64,000 nucleotides of DNA, from contig OZ242214.1 of NCBI GenBank assembly GCA_965206595.1, positions 5,280,001 to 5,344,000 on the forward strand, written 5' to 3'. Origin of the DNA: Candidatus Latescibacterota bacterium. GTDB lineage: Bacteria; Latescibacterota; UBA2968; UBA8231. A program made the translations under genes and the position numbers. The notes below the pieces were generated by a model. The model did not search any database. It worked only from the letters and a program-made list of their open reading frames with translations, and was not told where the DNA came from. Shown here in pieces: positions 54,729-64,000 of the stretch (position 1 is its first letter; each line of letters begins with the position of its first letter).

Positions 54729-56987
54729 ATGAACGGGATGCAATCGGCGATTCAGGGTCAGGAGCGGCGCAACCGGAAGCTGCTGAAGTCCGCCGGCTAC
54801 CTCGGTGCGGAGGTGACCTCCGAGGTGCTGCCGCTGCAGATCGACGTCGGCTCCCAGGAGAGCCTGACCCGCGGGCAGGCCGATCTCCTCGAAGCGCTGC
54901 AGATCCAGTCCGCCCGTACGGCGATCCGTTCGCTCGCCTCCCTGGCCGCCATCGGCGAGCTCGATCACCTCGGCGGCGGTCTCGAGCTGATTCCCGGCCT
55001 GCTGCTGACGCTGAGCTGCACCGACTACGAGCGCATCGAGTTCACGATCGAGCACGCCCACACCAGCATCGGCTACTACGCCAGCCTGGCCGCTTTCGGG
55101 TTCGTCGACGAAGAAGCGGTAGTCGAGGGATTTCGCCGCGGCCTGGACTTTCCCGGTCACGTCTCCTGGCTGCCGGGGGGGACCCAGCTCAACGGAGGCC
55201 GCCTCGGGGTGATGATTCCGGTCGCCGTCGGACAGGCCCTCGGCAAGCGCGCCCGCAACGGCCGCGCCTGGGTGATCACCCACTGCGGGGACGCCGGCTG
55301 GGTTTCGGGGCAGGCGCTCAACGGGTTCAACGGCGCCGACGTGGCCGGGGCGCCGATCACCTTCGTGATGCACCGCAACGGCATCCAGCTTTCGGGTGCG
55401 ACGCACAGCATCATGGACAAGGACCCGCGTCCGATCATCGAGGCGCTGGGGATCCGCATCATCGAGATACCGACCCTGCACGACAGCGCGCGGCTGTATG
55501 AAGCCTACCGCGAGGGGTACCGCCTGGCGCAGGAGGGGCGGCCCAACCTGATCTTCCCGACCGGCTACCGGTCGCGCGACGGCGAGGTCGTCGACCTCGA
55601 CTGGTTCGCCGCGCAGCATGGGATCAAGCGGGAGACCAGGAAGTTCGCGAGCGCCCACGGCGTCCCCATGGACCGGGAGATATGGGTCCCCGGTTCGCTG
55701 ATGAGCTTTCGCGACCTCGTCCCGATGCTGGAGTGCCTGTTTCTCGTCAACCGGCTCCCGGGTGGCGAGGGCCATCACGACGGCCACATGAAGGGCCGGG
55801 ACGCCGACGAGGTGCTCTCCAACCCGATGTTCCGCGCGAAAAGCAGGCAGCGGAAAGCCCTGGCCGCGGCGACCGGCGCCCCGAGGCGGACGGTCGTCAC
55901 CAGGGCGCGGCCCGAGGCCGGCAGCCCCAACCTCATCCTGTCGCGGGAGATCCTGGAGGCGGTCGAGCTTCCGGCCGCCGGGGAGAAGGTCAGTCCGCGC
56001 GCCGGCTCGGAGGCCGGGTACGCCGCGGTGGCCGAAGCGCACCCGGAGAACGTGTTCGTCGTCAGCTGCGATCTCGACGCCTCGACCAAGCTCGGCAAGG
56101 CGCGCGGTTTCCTGGCGCCCGATCACCAGTTCGAGATGAGCATCGAGGAACAGGCATCCGCCCTGCTCGCCAACGGGTTGGCGATGAGCGGCCCGCTTCC
56201 CCAGCTCAACGTCATCTCCACCTTCGCCGCCTTCTTCGAGGGAATCGCCCGCGAAGGGTTCGACATGTGGCGCTACCAGCGCAATCTGAACGGCGTCAAC
56301 GAAGGCCTGAACGTCACCTACCACCTCTCGCACGTCGGCGCCTGCACCGGCCGCGACCACTTTTCCGGTTGGGGGCTGGACTGGATCAACGTCGGCCTCA
56401 CCTACCTGCCCTACCTGCACCGGTTCTACGCCCCCGCGGACGCGCGCGCGGCCTTTGTCGCGGTCCGCGATCTCGCCGCTCGCTACGGAGGACACGTGAT
56501 CGGCATTCCGCGCGACGAGCTGCCGATCCTCGACAGACAGGACGGCTCGGGGCCGCTGTGGCAGGCGGACGACGCCTGGGAGCCGGTCACTGCGTACCGG
56601 ACCTGCGCGGGAGCCAGGCACGCCATCCTTGCCTTCGGCGCCCCTGCCTTTCTCGGGGCGGAGGCCGCGGCAAGTCTGGCGAAGAAGGGAGTGGCCGCCG
56701 ACGTCCACATTGTCAACGGACTGCCGCTGTCGCCGTCCGCCCTCGAGAAGCTGCTGACCCCGTACAGCGGCGGGGTGGTGACGGTCGAGGACGGATTCAT
56801 CGGCAGCGCACGGACAGGCCTCCGGGGGTTCGCCGGACTGGTCGCCGGCGCGGCGAGCACGGGGCAGCCGCGGGCGCACATTGGGATCACCGACCCGCGC
56901 ATCGCCCCTTCCGAAGGGCATATGGAAACGTGGAAACACTTCGGCATAACGGCGCGGGCCATAACCGCCGCCGTTGCCGGCTTATAG
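54729..56987 (+). CDS. Divergent transketolase-like TPP enzyme
   Basis: 'DHLGG', 'PGH', 'GRLG', 'GDAG...RNGIQLSG', 'DLDAST', 'MSIEEQ', 'STFAAF', 'TVEDG'. Confidence 0.82.
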   Translation: MNGMQSAIQGQERRNRKLLKSAGYLGAEVTSEVLPLQIDVGSQESLTRGQADLLEALQIQSARTAIRSLASLAAIGELDHLGGGLELIPGLLLTLSCTDYERIEFTIEHAHTSIGYYASLAAFGFVDEEAVVEGFRRGLDFPGHVSWLPGGTQLNGGRLGVMIPVAVGQALGKRARNGRAWVITHCGDAGWVSGQALNGFNGADVAGAPITFVMHRNGIQLSGATHSIMDKDPRPIIEALGIRIIEIPTLHDSARLYEAYREGYRLAQEGRPNLIFPTGYRSRDGEVVDLDWFAAQHGIKRETRKFASAHGVPMDREIWVPGSLMSFRDLVPMLECLFLVNRLPGGEGHHDGHMKGRDADEVLSNPMFRAKSRQRKALAAATGAPRRTVVTRARPEAGSPNLILSREILEAVELPAAGEKVSPRAGSEAGYAAVAEAHPENVFVVSCDLDASTKLGKARGFLAPDHQFEMSIEEQASALLANGLAMSGPLPQLNVISTFAAFFEGIAREGFDMWRYQRNLNGVNEGLNVTYHLSHVGACTGRDHFSGWGLDWINVGLTYLPYLHRFYAPADARAAFVAVRDLAARYGGHVIGIPRDELPILDRQDGSGPLWQADDAWEPVTAYRTCAGARHAILAFGAPAFLGAEAAASLAKKGVAADVHIVNGLPLSPSALEKLLTPYSGGVVTVEDGFIGSARTGLRGFAGLVAGAASTGQPRAHIGITDPRIAPSEGHMETWKHFGITARAITAAVAGL

Positions 56988-57001
56988 ACAGGAGTCGAGT
57001 C

Positions 57002-57661
57002 ATGAAACGCATACTCGTTGCGGCCGCCGTAGCCGGCATCGTCGCAGGCGGTTGCCAGGAAGAAGAGGCGACAACCGGCGAGGCCAACATGGAGGCGCTG
57101 ATGAATCCGGACGGCCCGGAGATGAAGAAGACGGCGCCGGCCTCTTACAAGGCGAAGTTCGAGACCTCGGCCGAGGATGGGGATTTCGTGATCGAGGTGA
57201 CGCGGGACTGGGCTCCGCACGGGGCGGACCGCTTCTACAACCTGGTGAGAAACGGCTTCTACAACGGCACTCGCTTCTTTCGCGTGATCCCGGGGTTCAT
57301 CGTCCAGTGGGGGATGCACGGGGACCCGGAAGTGACCGCGAAATGGCATGGAGCGAGGATCCCGGACGACCCGGTCAAACAGGGGAACGAGCTCGGCACC
57401 GTAACCTTCGCCAAGGGACGCGGAAGGGACAACCGCACCGTGCAGGTGTTCGTCAACCTCGCCGACAACACCAAACTCGACGGCCAGGGATTCGCCGCTT
57501 TCGGGAAGGTGGTCTCCGGGATGGAGGCGGTTGAAGCGATCAATCCTGAGTACGAAAAGCGCACCCCCAACCAGGGGCAGATCGCCCAGAAGGGGAACAA
57601 GTACCTCGAGAAGCTGTACCCCGACCTCGATTACACCCGGGCCGCCAGCATAGTCGATTGA
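57002..57661 (+). CDS. Cyclophilin-type PPIase lipoprotein
   Basis: Lipobox 'VAGGC', 'FYNGTRFFRVIPGFIVQWG', 'FAAFGKVVSGM'. Confidence 0.92.
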   Translation: MKRILVAAAVAGIVAGGCQEEEATTGEANMEALMNPDGPEMKKTAPASYKAKFETSAEDGDFVIEVTRDWAPHGADRFYNLVRNGFYNGTRFFRVIPGFIVQWGMHGDPEVTAKWHGARIPDDPVKQGNELGTVTFAKGRGRDNRTVQVFVNLADNTKLDGQGFAAFGKVVSGMEAVEAINPEYEKRTPNQGQIAQKGNKYLEKLYPDLDYTRAASIVD

Positions 57662-58572
57662 GCGAAGCGGCGGTTCCTGCCCGGTACAGTGCCGAGCGCA
57701 TAGGGGCCGGGGCCGCCGGTCTCGCCCTGCTCGCCTCCTTCCTGTGGGGAGGCAACCAGGTGTTCATCAAGATCGGGCTGCAGGGGATGCCCCCGCTGGC
57801 GATGGCGGGCGCTCGTTTCGCCATCGGCCTGCTGGTGGTGGGAACGGCTGCGGCCGCCTCGCGGGAGCCGCTTCGCGCATACCCGGGGGAGCGGCGGCAG
57901 CTGCTCTGTCTAGCCCTCCTCTTCCTGGTGCAGATCGGCCTGCTCAACCAGGGAGTCTTCCACACCACCGCCAGCCGCGCCAGCGTCGTCATCGCGGCGC
58001 ACCCGTTCTTCCTCGCCCTCTTCTGCCACTACTTCGTTCCCGGCGACCGCCTCACCCCGGCCAAGGTCGCCGGCATCCTGCTCGCCTTCGCCGCCGCCGT
58101 CCTGGTTTTCGCCGAATCGGTGTCGCTTGCCGACGCCAGCCACCTTTCCGGGGACCTGATGATCCTCGGCAGCGCCGTGCTGCTCGGGCTGCGGCAGACG
58201 GTGATGAAGCGGATGGTGCACGGCTTTCACCCCTACAAGGTGCTGTTCTGGCAGTCGCTGCTTAGCCTGCCGATGTTCGCCGCGTCCAGTGTCTGGCTCG
58301 AGGGGGACGCGGCCTACGACTTCACCCCGGAGGTCGTCGTGGCGGTGCTTTACCAGGGGGTCGTGGTGGCGGGGCTCTGTTTCATTTCGTGGGTGTTCCT
58401 GCTGCGCCGGCACAGCGCCAGCCAGCTCGGGGTGTTCGCGTTCACGACCCCGGTAGCGGGGGTGGCGCTGAGCGCGCTGCTGGTCGGAGAGGAACTGTCC
58501 TGGATGCTGCTGGTGAGCATGGTCCTGGTGGCGTCCGGGATTGCGATCGCGGCGCGCGGGCGGCGTGCCTGA
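57658..58572 (+). CDS. DMT/EamA transporter
   Basis: 'LWGGNQVFIK', two EamA halves, about 10 TM segments. Confidence 0.9.
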   Translation: MSEAAVPARYSAERIGAGAAGLALLASFLWGGNQVFIKIGLQGMPPLAMAGARFAIGLLVVGTAAAASREPLRAYPGERRQLLCLALLFLVQIGLLNQGVFHTTASRASVVIAAHPFFLALFCHYFVPGDRLTPAKVAGILLAFAAAVLVFAESVSLADASHLSGDLMILGSAVLLGLRQTVMKRMVHGFHPYKVLFWQSLLSLPMFAASSVWLEGDAAYDFTPEVVVAVLYQGVVVAGLCFISWVFLLRRHSASQLGVFAFTTPVAGVALSALLVGEELSWMLLVSMVLVASGIAIAARGRRA

Positions 58573-58815
58573 AGATCAGGCAGATTCCGCTTCCTCCCGG
58601 CTGGTTTCGGATCTGTCAGAGAAGGCTTGGCCGGCGGTATCCCATTGCTTCCACACTGATGCCTGAGCGATTCGTGCCCCGTGAGTACGGCGAGCGAAGC
58701 AAAGCCGCGAACCGGGAAAACAGGCTGCGCCGAGTTCGCGGGGAATTCGCGTGCGCAGGCACCAAGGTTGATTCTCTCGTAAAAACCCTACGTCGTTCAA
58801 AATGTCCGTGTTGCC

Positions 58816-58863
58816 ATACAACATATAGTGTATGCGTCGCCTTAGTTGGCCAATATATAGTAG
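58816..58863. promoter_or_regulatory. Tandem NrdR-box-like operators
   Basis: ATACAACATATAGTGT (58816-31) and GGCCAATATATAGTAG (58848-63) match acaCwAtATaTwGtgt; starts 32 bp apart. Confidence 0.7.
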
Positions 58864-59016
58864 CGCTTTAACGTGCTGAGTCGCTGAACATCCTCAAAAT
58901 GGGGTTTATACGAAGGAGTCAAGGTTGCCTGTCTGCCGGGAGAAGACCCGGCGGCCCACGGTCTCCGGGTTGCGCTCGATTCGCCGAATCCCCGGGAGCG
59001 TCGGGCTCGCCCCGTT

Positions 59017-60264
59017 CTACCGCACCTTCTCCTGCAGCTCAGCCGCCCCGGGGACCCCTGAGAACACCCTCTCCTCCTCGGCGCTCATGCGGTAGTCCCG
59101 CCTCGCCACAACCCGGCGCGCCACCGCGAGGGCCCGATCCGCGTCATACGGTTCGACCCGGTCGCCGTCGATCCAGGTGAAGCTGGGCACGAACCTGGGG
59201 GGCCGGGCCGCGGCGACGCTGGAGCTGAACCCGACGACGGCGCCGGTCGGGAAGCAGACGCCGATCGCGGCCTTGGAGTGGTCCCCCATCACCATGCCGG
59301 CGAAACGCTTTCCGGTCTCCACCTCTTCGCCGTTGATCGGCACCCGCACCGTCCCGTAGGTGTTCTTGAGGTCGCTGATGGTGCAGCCGGCGCCGAGGTT
59401 GGTCCACGAGCCGATGTAGCTGTGGCCGAGAAAGCCGAAGTGCTGCTTGTTGCCGTACTCCTGTAGAATGGAGGCCTCGATCTCGCCACCGACCCGGCAG
59501 GCCGGACCCAGCGAGGTGCCGCCGCGGATTGCGGCGTGCGGCTGCAGGATGCTGCCGGGGCCGATGCAGGCCGGCCCCTCGATGTAGGCGTGCGGGCGCA
59601 CGCGAACGCCGGTGTCGATGTACACCGGTCCGTCGCGGCTGTCGACGACCGTCCCCGGATCGAGCCGGGCGGAGCCGGCGACAAAGACATCCTCACCCAG
59701 CACCGTGACTCCCGGTCCGATCTGGCCGCGCTCGGAGCGGCCAAGGCCCAGCTGCTCCCACCCGGAGGCAAGGGCCTCGGCGTTTGCACCCACGATTTCC
59801 CACAGCCAGGACAACAGCCGGCAGTGGGCGCCGACGTCGCGGCGCGGGACCCCCTCCAGCAGCCGGGAGATCGCGGCGTCCTCCTGCAGGCCTTCGGCGG
59901 CGAGGGCGGCGGTGAGCTCGGCATCGGCAAGGATAGAGGCGATGCCTCCGTCAGCCGCGGTGCCGACCCAGGGTTTTTCTTCTGAGTTGCAGTCCGGAAG
60001 GGAAGACCAGAGGGCGCGGCCGTTGAGCAGCAGGGAAGGACCGGTCAGCCTCTCGTTGACCCCCAGGCCGGTCTGTTCCTTCACGAGGCCGGCGAGCCGG
60101 GGCCGGCAGGAAAGGGAGAGATCCGCGGCCGGCAGCTCCCGCAGCAGGGTGTGGACCCGGGACAGCAGGTCCCCCATGCCGCAGCGCAGCTGGAAGACGG
60201 CGCGCGTGTAGACGAGCGGCAGCAGCCGCGGCCAGCCTCCGTCTTCGTAGAGGACGACGTTCAT
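59017..60264 (-). CDS. GlmU-like putative sugar nucleotidyltransferase with hexapeptide repeats
   Basis: 'LLPLVYTRAVFQLRCG', LbH repeats, 'NKQHFGFLGHSYIG', 'SDLKNTYG'; directly downstream of glmS. Confidence 0.85.
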   Translation of the reverse strand: MNVVLYEDGGWPRLLPLVYTRAVFQLRCGMGDLLSRVHTLLRELPAADLSLSCRPRLAGLVKEQTGLGVNERLTGPSLLLNGRALWSSLPDCNSEEKPWVGTAADGGIASILADAELTAALAAEGLQEDAAISRLLEGVPRRDVGAHCRLLSWLWEIVGANAEALASGWEQLGLGRSERGQIGPGVTVLGEDVFVAGSARLDPGTVVDSRDGPVYIDTGVRVRPHAYIEGPACIGPGSILQPHAAIRGGTSLGPACRVGGEIEASILQEYGNKQHFGFLGHSYIGSWTNLGAGCTISDLKNTYGTVRVPINGEEVETGKRFAGMVMGDHSKAAIGVCFPTGAVVGFSSSVAAARPPRFVPSFTWIDGDRVEPYDADRALAVARRVVARRDYRMSAEEERVFSGVPGAAELQEKVR

Positions 60265-60311
60265 GGAAGGTGGCGCTGACTCCGGGGAGGCCGCGTGCCG
60301 CGACGCCTCCC

Positions 60312-62144
60312 TCACTCCACGGTCACGCTCTTGGCGAGGTTTCTCGGCTTGTCGACGTCGTGGCCGCGGATGAGAGCGGCGTGATAGGCCAGCAGCTGCA
60401 GCGGAACCGTGGTCAGGATGGGGGACAGCAGCGGCAGCGTCGGCGGCACGTAGAGGACTTCCTCGGCCAGCCTCTCCAGCTGGCTGTCTCCCCGGTTGGC
60501 GACGGCGATGACGCGGCCCTGGCGGCTGCGCACCTCCTCGATGTTGGCCAGCACCTTGTTGTAGGTATGGTCGCGCGGGGCGATCACCACCACCGGCATG
60601 CCATCGTCGATCAGGGCGATGGGGCCGTGCTTCATCTCGGCGGCGGGCAGCCCTTCGGCGTGGATGTAGCTGAGCTCTTTCAGCTTCAGGGCCCCCTCCA
60701 GCGCCACCGGGTAGTTGACCCCGCGGCCGAGGTAGAGCCAGTTGTCCCACCCGGTGAGCCGGTCGGCCAGGGCCGCCACCTGGCGGTCGAGCTCCAGGGT
60801 TTCAGTCACCTTGTCGGAGATCTTCTCGAGCTCCTTCAGGATGGCGACGGTGCGCTCCGCCGAAAGGTGGCGCCGCCGCCCGAGGTCGAGGGCGATCATC
60901 GCCAGCACGGCGATCTGGGCGGTGAAGGCCTTGGTGCTGGCGACCCCGATTTCCGGCCCGACGTGCAGATAGACGCCGGCCGCGGTTTCCCGGGCCAGCG
61001 TCGACCCGACGGCGTTGACGACGCCGAACGCCGCGGCTCCCTTGGTGCGCATCTCGGACAGCGCGGCGAGGACGTCGGCGGTTTCTCCCGACTGGCTGAT
61101 GGTGACGCAGACGGTGCCGGTCTCGACGACGGGATTTCGGTAGCGCAGCTCGCTGGCGTACTCGACCTCGGTCGGGATGCGCGTCCACTCCTCGAGCAGG
61201 TACTCGCCGATCAGGCCGGCGTGCCAGGCCGTGCCGCAGCCGGTTAGAACCAGCCGGCCGCAATTGGCCAGCTCTTCTTCCAAGGCCTGCAGTCCGCCGA
61301 GGTGAACGCGGCCGGAGCGCAGGTCGAGGCGCCCGCGCATGCAGTTGCGAAGCCCTTCCGGCTGCTCGTGGATCTCCTTGAGCATGAAGGACGGGTAGCC
61401 GCCCAGCTCGATCTGCTCGAGGGTGGTCTCGAGGACGTCGGTTTCGCGATGCACCGGCTGCGCGTCCCCTGTCGACACGTGCAGCCCGTCGGCGTCGATG
61501 CGGGCGATTTCGTGGTCTTCGAGGTAGAGGACCTGGCTGGTGTGCTCGACGATGGCGTTGCCGTCCGAGGCGACCAGGTATTCCCCGTCTCCCACGCCGA
61601 CGATCAGCGGGCTGCCGCGGCGTGCCGCGACGAGGGTGTCGGCGGCATCGGTGCAGACCAGGGCGATGCCGAAGGTGCCGTCGACTTCCTTCAGGGCGGT
61701 GCGCACGCTGTCCATCAGGTCGCCGGACCCGGCGTAGAGGAACCCGATCAGCTGCACCAGGGACTCGGTGTCGGTTTCCGTCAGGAACTCGACCCCCTCT
61801 CTTTCGAGGTAGGCGCGCACCGCGGCGTGATTCTCGATGATGCCGTTGTGGACGAGGGCGATGCGGCCGGTCGCGTCGACGTGGGGGTGGGCGTTGCCGT
61901 CGGTGGGTGCGCCGTGGGTGGCCCAGCGGGTATGGGCGATTCCGACCGAACCGGCAACAGGTTCGCCGTCGAGGCGGGATTCCAGGTCGGCGATGCGGCC
62001 CGCGGTCTTCCAGAGGCGGAACGACCCGGAATCGAGGGAGCAGACCCCGGCCGAGTCGTAGCCGCGGTATTCGAGCCGGCGCAACCCGTTGAGAAGCACT
62101 TCGCGGAGGGATTTCCTGCCGGCGTATCCGATTATTCCACACAT
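60312..62144 (-). CDS. glmS: Glutamine-fructose-6-phosphate transaminase
   Basis: 'MCGIIG', 'LEYRGYDSAG', 'HTRWATHG', 'SQSGETAD', 'PRNLAKSVTVE'. Confidence 0.98.
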   Translation of the reverse strand: MCGIIGYAGRKSLREVLLNGLRRLEYRGYDSAGVCSLDSGSFRLWKTAGRIADLESRLDGEPVAGSVGIAHTRWATHGAPTDGNAHPHVDATGRIALVHNGIIENHAAVRAYLEREGVEFLTETDTESLVQLIGFLYAGSGDLMDSVRTALKEVDGTFGIALVCTDAADTLVAARRGSPLIVGVGDGEYLVASDGNAIVEHTSQVLYLEDHEIARIDADGLHVSTGDAQPVHRETDVLETTLEQIELGGYPSFMLKEIHEQPEGLRNCMRGRLDLRSGRVHLGGLQALEEELANCGRLVLTGCGTAWHAGLIGEYLLEEWTRIPTEVEYASELRYRNPVVETGTVCVTISQSGETADVLAALSEMRTKGAAAFGVVNAVGSTLARETAAGVYLHVGPEIGVASTKAFTAQIAVLAMIALDLGRRRHLSAERTVAILKELEKISDKVTETLELDRQVAALADRLTGWDNWLYLGRGVNYPVALEGALKLKELSYIHAEGLPAAEMKHGPIALIDDGMPVVVIAPRDHTYNKVLANIEEVRSRQGRVIAVANRGDSQLERLAEEVLYVPPTLPLLSPILTTVPLQLLAYHAALIRGHDVDKPRNLAKSVTVE

Positions 62145-62261
62145 ACTGGTATCAGCTGATCGATTCGAGAAAACAGGGGACGGGAGGGCAGGCGGGCGGG
62201 AGGAACGCCGTCCGACAAAGATAGCGAAATGCCACTGGAGACGTGGCCGCGCCTGACCGCT

Positions 62262-64000
62262 TCAGCCGGCGAGGGCGGCAGCCTCGTCGACGCGCTGCCG
62301 GATGAGGTCGCACCCTCCCTGCCAGAAATCGCGCGAGGACACGTCGATTCCGAGGCCGGCGAGCAGTTCGGCCGGTGCCCGCGAACTCCCGGCAGCCAGC
62401 AGCTCGAAGTAGCGATCGACGAACGCTTCCCCCTCGCTCCGGTAGCGGGCGTAGAGGGCGAGCACCAGCAGTTCCCCGAAGGCGTAGGCGTATACGTAGA
62501 ACGGCACGTCGACGATGTGGGGGATGTAGAGCCACCAGCAGGCGTGGTCGTCGCCGAGGGTGAGAGCGTCGCCGAACATCGCCTGCATGTTGCGCTGCCA
62601 GAGCTCGTCGAACCGTTCGGAGGGCAACTCTCCCTCCTCGCGGCGGGCGCGGTGGGCCTGCTGCTCGAAGCGGTACATCGCTATCTGCCGGAAGACGGTG
62701 GCGAAGGTGTCTTCGATCTTTCCGCACAGGAGGGCCAGGCGCTCCCCGTCCGATTCGAGCTCCCCCCGCAGGCGGTCGAACACCAGCATCTCGGCGAAGG
62801 TGCTCGCCGTCTCCGCCATCGGCAGCACGGGGTGGTAGTCGAGAAGGTGGTTGCCGCTGGCGAGGACGTCGTGAATCCCGTGGCCGAGCTCGTGCGCCAG
62901 GGTCATGACGTCCCGGGGGGAGTCGGTGTAGTTGAGGAAGACGTAGGGATGCAGGTCGGGGGTGATGCCGGCACAGTAGGCGCCCCCGCGCTTGCCGTCG
63001 GCCAGGGCGGCATCGATCCAGCGTCTCTCGAAGAAGGGCTCGCAGATGTCGAGGAGGCGGGGCGAGAACTCGGCGAACGACCCGAGCACGATGTCGCGCG
63101 CCTGTCCGAAGGGGATTTTCGATTCCTCGCCGGATATCGGGGCGTAGCGGTCGTAGTGGGTGAGCTCGTCGAGGCCGAGGAGCCGCCGTTTGAGGTGGTA
63201 GTATGCTGCCACGGTGCCGTAGTTCGCGGCGCAGACCTCGCTGACCGTGTCGACGACGACGCCGCTCAGCTCGTTGTTCAGATGGCGGCTGTCCTCAGGG
63301 GCGCGGTAGGACCGCAGGCGGTCGAGTACCTCCTTTTCGTGCAGCAGGGTGTTGTAGATGAAGGTGCAGACGTGGGTGTTCCGCCGCAGTCCCCCGGTGA
63401 TCGCCGCGGCCGCCCGCCTGCGGGTGTCGCGGTCGGGATCGTAGAGCAGCACGAGGATTTCACTCTGCGTTTTCTCGACCACCACCCCCTCTTCCTCTAT
63501 CCGGAACCGGGTCCGCGAGTTGACCTCGGTGGCGAGGCGGGCGAAGGCGCTCCCCCGCGAGTTGGCGGTCTCGACGAGGATCTTTTCTTCCGGTTCGCTG
63601 AGATTGTGCGCCGCCATCCTCCGCTCATGGTCGAGGTAGTGCCGGTAGGGGGCCAGCTCCGGAGTGTCCTTGATGCGATCGTACGTCTTCAGTGGAATGC
63701 GGCCGATCTCGAGGTCGAAGAAGACCAGGCGGGTGGCTGTGGAACTGTCGAATTCCCGCGTCTTCTGCAACAGCCCCCCGCGCGCCGGATCGGTGGTGTC
63801 GGTCGAGTAGAGCAGACCGGCGTAAGCCCCCGGTTTGTACTGCAAGGTCAGCAGATCCTGGTAGTCGGCGAGGGCTTGGCGAAGATGCACCGCGGAGAGG
63901 CCGGAAACGGCGATCGTGCCTTTGTACTTCCGCTCGAACTGCTGCGCCCGCCGGGACGTTTCCCCCATGTCGCCGTCGAGACGCGGATCGTCGCCGCCGG
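62262..64000 (-). CDS. pepF: Oligoendopeptidase F (M3B), 5' partial
   Basis: 'GKRGGAYC', 'TLAHELGH', 'AETASTFAE', 'PFYVYAYAFG'; frame open to the window edge. Confidence 0.92.
   Translation of the reverse strand, partial: GGDDPRLDGDMGETSRRAQQFERKYKGTIAVSGLSAVHLRQALADYQDLLTLQYKPGAYAGLLYSTDTTDPARGGLLQKTREFDSSTATRLVFFDLEIGRIPLKTYDRIKDTPELAPYRHYLDHERRMAAHNLSEPEEKILVETANSRGSAFARLATEVNSRTRFRIEEEGVVVEKTQSEILVLLYDPDRDTRRRAAAAITGGLRRNTHVCTFIYNTLLHEKEVLDRLRSYRAPEDSRHLNNELSGVVVDTVSEVCAANYGTVAAYYHLKRRLLGLDELTHYDRYAPISGEESKIPFGQARDIVLGSFAEFSPRLLDICEPFFERRWIDAALADGKRGGAYCAGITPDLHPYVFLNYTDSPRDVMTLAHELGHGIHDVLASGNHLLDYHPVLPMAETASTFAEMLVFDRLRGELESDGERLALLCGKIEDTFATVFRQIAMYRFEQQAHRARREEGELPSERFDELWQRNMQAMFGDALTLGDDHACWWLYIPHIVDVPFYVYAYAFGELLVLALYARYRSEGEAFVDRYFELLAAGSSRAPAELLAGLGIDVSSRDFWQGGCDLIRQRVDEAAALAG

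Noticed and set aside
62145-62261. glmS ribozyme upstream of glmS
   Set aside because: Short spacer with no recognisable ribozyme core.
1-64000. Many long alternative-frame and antisense ORFs (e.g. 14128..17013 -, 42502..44925 -, 45775..47874 -, 54636..56939 -)
   Set aside because: They shadow well-supported genes, are Arg/Pro/Gly-rich without motifs, and are expected in high-GC DNA.
1-64000. CRISPR array, tRNA, rRNA
   Set aside because: No regularly spaced short repeats or recognisable structural RNA genes seen by eye; a covariance search was not possible.

Overview
High-GC bacterial DNA with no rRNA, tRNA or CRISPR that I could recognise. A C-terminal 'AVExxSWxxIKA' tail on secreted proteins suggests a Latescibacterota/Poribacteria-like organism (inference). 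1-22 kb: a tightly coupled operon that looks biosynthetic. It encodes two PQQ-like beta-propellers, an EhpF/GriC + GriD-like carboxylate-reductase pair, an Fe-ADH, a HemN-like radical SAM enzyme, a TonB receptor, a CoA ligase, a flavin-dependent halogenase, an SSS transporter, a GT4, a thioesterase and a LolD/FtsX-type ABC transporter, and it is split by a Mrr + IS remnant. 24-42 kb: accessory and defence-like genes, many decayed, with intact IS630 and IS1380 elements each inserted inside a gene, mixed with housekeeping genes (sthA, M20 amidohydrolase, YceH). Best candidate for an undescribed system, 48.2-51.6 kb: a promoter with a C12 tract in its spacer precedes an FMN-binding CxxC protein, two TlpA-like redoxins (CxxC, CxxS), an A24 prepilin-type peptidase and a 127-aa precursor. 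The precursor has a Flp-pilin-like cleavage site and a 9-Cys core matching the CS-alpha-beta defensin motif. After it come tandem secreted paralogs, a transketolase-like gene, a cyclophilin, orphan tandem NrdR boxes, a GlmU-like gene, glmS and oligoendopeptidase F. All family calls come from reading motifs by eye; no searches were run.
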